Assembly: GCA_050618055.1 (NCBI GenBank)
Contig: JBNLVK010000172.1
Span: 14,644-78,643 of the forward strand
Direction of reading: 5' to 3'
Origin: Myxococcota bacterium
Lineage (GTDB): Bacteria > Myxococcota_A > UBA9160 > SMWR01
Length of the DNA: 64,000 nt
Shown here in pieces: positions 59,631 to 64,000 of the stretch. Each line of letters starts with the position of its first letter. Within the stretch, counting starts at the first letter, position 1. A model generated the notes under the pieces. It did not search any database and was not told the DNA's origin. It saw only the letters and a program-made list of their open reading frames with translations. The translations under genes were made by a program, and so were the position numbers.

Positions 59631-59640
59631 GAAACGAACG

Positions 59641-60723
59641 ATGCCCCTCTTCGAACTCGGAAAGGACGACCTCACCGAGATCGCGCCCACGACCTTCGTA
59701 GCCGAGCAGATCTACGAGCGCGACGATCTCCAGCGAATCCTGCGTGACCGCTTCGACGCGGTCGATCCCGACGTCCTGATCGTGGCCGAGGAGTTCGGTG
59801 CCTGGCAGGACAGCTCGCGCCGCATCGACCTCCTTGGGGTAGACCGCGGCGGAACGCTCGTCGTCGTGGAGCTCAAGCGAACGCGGGACGGCTCGCACAT
59901 GGAACTCCAGGCGCTGCGCTACGCGGCGATGATCTCGAATCTGGATGCGTCAGATATCGCCGAGGCCTACGAGGGCTACCTCCGCGGAAAGGGGGACTCC
60001 GAGACGGATGCCCAGGACGAGCTGTGCACGTTCCTCGGATCGGAATCCATCGACGAGATCGAGATCAGCGACCGGCCGCGCATCATCCTGATCTCGCAGG
60101 GATTCGGAACGGAGCTTACGACCGCGGTGCTGTGGCTCAACGAAGGCGGGCTCGACATCCGCTGTGTGGAGGCCCTTCCCTACCGCGTGCACGATCACCT
60201 GCTCCTGGACGTACGCCAGGTCATTCCGCTTCCGGAGGCCGCGGACTACCAGGTGCACAAGCAGAAGAAGAGCGAGCGGGCGCGGTCGATCCGCCAGCAG
60301 AGCAAGGACTATACGAAGTTCGACTTCGAGGCCGACGGCAAGAGGGAGACCCGGCTGCCCAAGAGGCGCTTGATCCGCGCCATCGTCCTGCACCTCTGCT
60401 CCAAGGGAGTGACGCCCAGGGAGATCCAGGAGGCGATCAGCTGGAGGAACCGGGTCTTCGCCGTCCTGGACGGCGAACTCAACCAGGCTGCCTTCGAACG
60501 CACCCGCGACGAGCAACGGCGCCGAGGCGGGAGGCAGGCCGACTCTCGCCGCTTCTTCACCGAAGACGACGAGCTGATCCACCACGCCGGCAAGACCTAT
60601 GCACTCACGGCGATGTGGGGAATCAACACGCCCCGTGCGGCGGAGGATCTGCGCGCAGCGTTTCCGGAGCATCCGTTCGAGTACGCGCCTAGCGCTGGAA
60701 CGGAAGCGGATGAAGGCGACTGA
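59641..60723 (+). CDS. NucS/DUF91-like PD-(D/E)xK nuclease-domain protein with an uncharacterised C-terminal domain
   Basis: 360 aa. The core RRIDLLGVDRGGTLVVVELKRTRDGSHMELQALRYAAM follows the D...ExK...QxxxY pattern. The gene starts 10 nt after the upstream stop. Confidence 0.7.
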   Translation: MPLFELGKDDLTEIAPTTFVAEQIYERDDLQRILRDRFDAVDPDVLIVAEEFGAWQDSSRRIDLLGVDRGGTLVVVELKRTRDGSHMELQALRYAAMISNLDASDIAEAYEGYLRGKGDSETDAQDELCTFLGSESIDEIEISDRPRIILISQGFGTELTTAVLWLNEGGLDIRCVEALPYRVHDHLLLDVRQVIPLPEAADYQVHKQKKSERARSIRQQSKDYTKFDFEADGKRETRLPKRRLIRAIVLHLCSKGVTPREIQEAISWRNRVFAVLDGELNQAAFERTRDEQRRRGGRQADSRRFFTEDDELIHHAGKTYALTAMWGINTPRAAEDLRAAFPEHPFEYAPSAGTEADEGD

Positions 60724-60752
60724 CCCGCCAAGAGTTGAGCGATATCCCCTCC

Positions 60753-62135
60753 ATGCCGGAATCTGCGATCGTGGTCCATGCCGACTGGGGCACACATCCC
60801 CGGAAACGCTGGATGGCGCGTGCCGACCGGATCGGCTCGGGGCGATTCCGCTGCTCTGCCTCGCAACCGGTCGGGAACGCCGACCGCCTGATACCCGACC
60901 TCCTGGATCAGGCGCCCTCGACCGGAGGGGTCGTCGTCGGCTTCGACTTTCCCATCGGCCTTCCAGAGAAGTACGCAGCTATCGCTCAGGTCGGTGACTT
61001 CAAGGCCTTCCTGGAAAAGGCCGGCTCGGGGGAGTGGAGCGATTTCTTCAGGGCTGCCGAACACCCCAGCCAGATCGGGCTTGGACGGCCCTTCTATCCG
61101 CAAAGACCTGGGGGAACCCGGCAGTCCCAGCTCGTCGATGCGCTTGGCCTGGCCGACTTCGACGACCTGCGTCGCCGGTGCGAGAAGGCGCGTCCGGGCC
61201 GCGGGGCCGCGTGCCCGCTTTTCTGGACACTCGGAGGCCAGCAGGTGGGCAAGGCAGCCATCTCCGGCTGGCGCGATGTGATCCAGCCTGCGATCCGGCG
61301 TCTCGGTTCCGCGATCTCCTTGTGGCCGTTCGATGGACCCCTTGCGGAGCTGATCGCACGCCAGGGGGTCGTCCTTGGGGAGACCTACCCCGCGGAGTTC
61401 TACGGTCACCTTGGCGTCGAGTTCCCGCGTCCCCAAGCAGGTGGACGCTCGGGCAAGCGGGTGCAGGCCGACCGGGCGGCGAACGCCCGCGCCCTGCTCG
61501 ACTGGGCCGCCCGAGCCGCCGTCGAGATCTCGGCCGACCTGGAGGGGGAGATCCGGGACGGTTTCGGAGACGGGTCGGACGGCGAGGATCGCTTCGACGC
61601 GGTCGTCGGGCTCTTCGGGATGCTGAACGTCCTGCTCGGATTCCGGCCGTCGGGCGAGCCGGGTGAACCCGCCGTCGCGAACGTGGAGGGATGGATCCTG
61701 GGGCAGCTCGAGTCACCCGGATCGGGTCCCACCTCCCCGGCTCCGATCGCTGTAGAATCGCCTCCGGTTCACCCCATGGGCAACGACCTGGACCGGATCA
61801 TGGCGACGCTCAGGGCGTTCGCGCGGGAACGGGATTGGGAGCGCTTCCACTCCCCGAAGAACCTGGCGATGGCGCTCTCGGTCGAAGCCGCAGAGCTTCT
61901 CGAGCACTTCCAGTGGATCACGGAAGCCGAATCGCGCGAGCTGGGCCTCGACGAGCGTGCCCAGGTCGCCGAGGAGATTGCGGACGTCCAGATCTACCTG
62001 ATGACCCTGGCGGACAAGCTCGGGATCGATCTGGTCGCGTCCGTCGATTCGAAGATCGAGAAGAACCGGGCCCACTACCCGGCGGGGGAGGTCCGCGGCA
62101 GCGCCGTCCGGCCGCCGAGAAGCCTCGACGAATGA
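60753..62135 (+). CDS. fusion protein: N-terminal DUF429-like (RNase-H-fold, tentative) domain plus C-terminal MazG-type nucleotide pyrophosphohydrolase
   Basis: ATG at 60753 (a TTG at 60735 is also possible). N-terminal motifs VVVGFDFPIGLP, GETYPAEFY and DRFDAVVGLF. C-terminal RDWERFHSPKNLAMALSVEAAELLEHFQW...EEIADVQIYLMTLADKLGIDL. Confidence 0.8.
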   Translation: MPESAIVVHADWGTHPRKRWMARADRIGSGRFRCSASQPVGNADRLIPDLLDQAPSTGGVVVGFDFPIGLPEKYAAIAQVGDFKAFLEKAGSGEWSDFFRAAEHPSQIGLGRPFYPQRPGGTRQSQLVDALGLADFDDLRRRCEKARPGRGAACPLFWTLGGQQVGKAAISGWRDVIQPAIRRLGSAISLWPFDGPLAELIARQGVVLGETYPAEFYGHLGVEFPRPQAGGRSGKRVQADRAANARALLDWAARAAVEISADLEGEIRDGFGDGSDGEDRFDAVVGLFGMLNVLLGFRPSGEPGEPAVANVEGWILGQLESPGSGPTSPAPIAVESPPVHPMGNDLDRIMATLRAFARERDWERFHSPKNLAMALSVEAAELLEHFQWITEAESRELGLDERAQVAEEIADVQIYLMTLADKLGIDLVASVDSKIEKNRAHYPAGEVRGSAVRPPRSLDE

Positions 62136-64000
62136 TCGTCTACTCCGAGCCCAAGAGCCGCTTCCAGGCCGACGTCGCGGCGAACCGGGTCTCGAACCGG
62201 ATCTCCAAGCTGCTACGGGAGAAGGTCGGCCAGAGGGTCGGAGCGAGCGAAGAGCGGTCCTGGCAGAACTCGCTGCTCTACATGAGAAACGTCCTGGACG
62301 ACGACGACATCCCGGACGATGCCCAGGTCAGCCTGGAGTACAAGATCCCGCTCACCTCGATGCGGATCGACGTGATCGTTTCCGGCCAGGATGCCGAGCG
62401 GCGCGATACGGCCGTCATCGTAGAGCTGAAGCAATGGGAGATCGTCGAGAAGACGTCGAAGGACGCCATCGTCTCGACGTTCCTCGGGGGAGGGAAACGC
62501 GAGACCAACCACCCTTCCTACCAGGCCTGGAACTATGCCGCGCTGCTCAGGGACTTCAGCGAGACCGTCCAGACCGAGGACATCGACCTGCGCCCGTGTG
62601 CCTATCTCCACAACTGCACGACACCTGACACGGTCCTCGATCCGTTCTACGCCAAGCACCTGGAGCGAGCCCCCGCCTTCCTGCGGAGCGACGCCGAGCG
62701 CCTTCAGGAATTCATCAAGCGCTACGTCAAGCACGGGGACGAGCGCGACCTGATCTTCCGCATCGATCGAGGGAGGATCCGGCCCTCCAAGGCGCTAGCG
62801 GACGTGCTCGTCTCGATGCTGGAAGGCAACGAGGAGTTCCGGCTGATCGACGAGCAGAAGCTGGTCTTCGAGACGGCTCTGTCCCTGGTGGACGAGGGGA
62901 AGGCAGATCGCAAGCGTGTGCTCATCGTCGAGGGAGGCCCAGGGACCGGGAAGTCGGTGGTCGCCATCCAGCTCCTGGTCGAACTCACGGCCCGCGGGCT
63001 CCTCACCCAGTACGTCTCGCGCAACGCCGCGCCACGCGACGTCTACCAGGCCAAGCTCTCCGGCACTTTCACCAGGACGAGGATCAGCAACCTCTTCCGC
63101 GGCTCCGGGGCCTTCATGGACGTCGAGAGCGACACCTTCGATGCGTTGATCGTGGACGAGGCACACCGGCTGAACGAGAAGAGCGGGTTCTACGGAAACC
63201 TCGGCTCGAACCAGGTCATGGAGCTCATCGACGCGGCTCGGACCACGGTGTTCTTCATCGACGAAGATCAGCGCGTCACGATCAAGGACATCGGAACGAA
63301 GAAGCAGATTCGTGAGTGGGCCGAGGAGCTGGGAGCGGAGGTCACGGAGCTCGAGCTGGCCTCACAGTTCCGGTGCAACGGCTCCGACGGCTACCTCGGA
63401 TGGATCGATCACGCCCTCCAGATCCGGGAGACCGCGAACACCGATCTGGGAGGTCTGGACTACGAGTTCCGGGTCTGCGATTCGCCTTCGGAGCTGCGCG
63501 ATCTCGTTTTGGAGCGGAATCAAGACACGAACAAGGCGCGCCTGGTCGCAGGCTACTGCTGGGACTGGAAGAGCAAGAAGGACCCTTCCGCCTTCGACAT
63601 CGAGTTCCCTGGGACCGACTTCCGCATGCGCTGGAACCTGGACACCGACGGCAACCTCTGGATCATGATGCCCGAATCGGTGAACGAGGTGGGCTGCATC
63701 CACACCTGCCAGGGCCTGGAGCTCGACTACGTGGGTGTCATCATCGGCGACGACCTCGTGGTCCGCGACGGAGAGGTGGTGACCGACGCATCGCAGCGGG
63801 CTCGGCGCGACAAGTCGGTGCACGGACTGAAGAAGCTTGCCAGGCAGGACGCGGCCGAGGCTGAGCGAGTCGCGGACCGGGTCATCAAGAACACCTATCG
63901 AACCCTCATGACACGCGGGCAGAAGGGGTGCTTCGTCTACTGCACGGACCCCGAGACGCTCGAGTACTTCCGCGCCTTCGCCTCCGGGGCCACGACGACG
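62132..64000 (+). CDS. DUF2075-type protein: N-terminal PD-(D/E)xK-like module plus P-loop ATPase/SF1-helicase-like domain (3' end beyond the window)
   Basis: This ORF is not in the supplied track because it has no stop in the window; the translation is my own. ATGA overlap with the upstream gene. Motifs MRIDVIVSG...AVIVELKQW, Walker A GGPGTGKS and Walker B ALIVDEAHRL. Also QFRCNGSDGYLGWID, CIHTCQGLELDYVGVIIG and TYRTLMTRGQKGCFVYC. The frame stays open for 623 codons to the window end. Confidence 0.85.
   Translation, partial: MIVYSEPKSRFQADVAANRVSNRISKLLREKVGQRVGASEERSWQNSLLYMRNVLDDDDIPDDAQVSLEYKIPLTSMRIDVIVSGQDAERRDTAVIVELKQWEIVEKTSKDAIVSTFLGGGKRETNHPSYQAWNYAALLRDFSETVQTEDIDLRPCAYLHNCTTPDTVLDPFYAKHLERAPAFLRSDAERLQEFIKRYVKHGDERDLIFRIDRGRIRPSKALADVLVSMLEGNEEFRLIDEQKLVFETALSLVDEGKADRKRVLIVEGGPGTGKSVVAIQLLVELTARGLLTQYVSRNAAPRDVYQAKLSGTFTRTRISNLFRGSGAFMDVESDTFDALIVDEAHRLNEKSGFYGNLGSNQVMELIDAARTTVFFIDEDQRVTIKDIGTKKQIREWAEELGAEVTELELASQFRCNGSDGYLGWIDHALQIRETANTDLGGLDYEFRVCDSPSELRDLVLERNQDTNKARLVAGYCWDWKSKKDPSAFDIEFPGTDFRMRWNLDTDGNLWIMMPESVNEVGCIHTCQGLELDYVGVIIGDDLVVRDGEVVTDASQRARRDKSVHGLKKLARQDAAEAERVADRVIKNTYRTLMTRGQKGCFVYCTDPETLEYFRAFASGATTT

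Overview
This is a 64-kb, very GC-rich bacterial chromosomal segment. Hand counts of 60-nt lines give about 72-77% GC over most of the window. The gene content (globin-coupled histidine kinase plus sigma-54 activator, type IV pilin, Sel1/Cys-rich exported proteins, many GTG starts) suggests a Myxococcota-like or other high-GC proteobacterial genome; that placement is inference only. I can support about 58 protein-coding genes. They are packed very tightly: there are many 4-nt GTGA/ATGA start-stop overlaps, and five convergent gene pairs share a CTAG as overlapping stop codons. I recognised no rRNA, tRNA, CRISPR array, transposase, integrase or prophage genes. The window divides into nine blocks. 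(1) 0.2-8.4 kb holds redox and CoA-ester metabolism: a PQQ dehydrogenase, a BadH-like SDR, a MenB/BadI-like crotonase, a dodecin fusion, further SDRs and an SGNH hydrolase. (2) 8.4-14.4 kb holds a putative gas/redox-sensing module: CBS protein, globin-coupled histidine kinase, NtrC-type sigma-54 activator, two hemerythrin-like proteins, two sigma-54 promoter-like motifs, and an M48 protease broken by one in-frame TAA. (3) 14.5-31 kb is mixed: a CaCA exchanger, a Cys-rich small protein, a serine hydrolase, LLM oxidoreductases, a tetR-MFP-RND efflux operon, an amidohydrolase, a Na/Pi transporter, and ACT and sulfatase-like proteins. (4) 31-36 kb holds an orphan type IV pilin, unknown proteins and a PAS-LuxR regulator. 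(5) 36.1-41.0 kb is an uncharacterised operon encoding an M14-like enzyme, a 7TM protein with an inactivated transglutaminase domain, a RimK-like ATP-grasp ligase and an HExxH peptidase. (6) 41-47 kb holds an SNase-Excalibur nuclease, an SRPBCC protein, a lipocalin, a serine hydrolase and a second PQQ dehydrogenase. (7) 47.3-56.7 kb is a divergent double set of circularly permuted ATP-grasp, alpha-E and transglutaminase genes. (8) 56.7-59 kb holds two exported proteins that share a 4-Cys C-terminal module. (9) 59.2-64.0 kb is a lower-GC (about 60-62%) cassette encoding a NucS-like nuclease, a DUF429::MazG fusion and a DUF2075 nuclease-helicase, truncated by the window end. Block 9 is my best candidate for an undescribed nucleic-acid conflict or defence system. 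The long antisense and alternate-frame ORFs in the supplied track are typical high-GC artefacts and were rejected.
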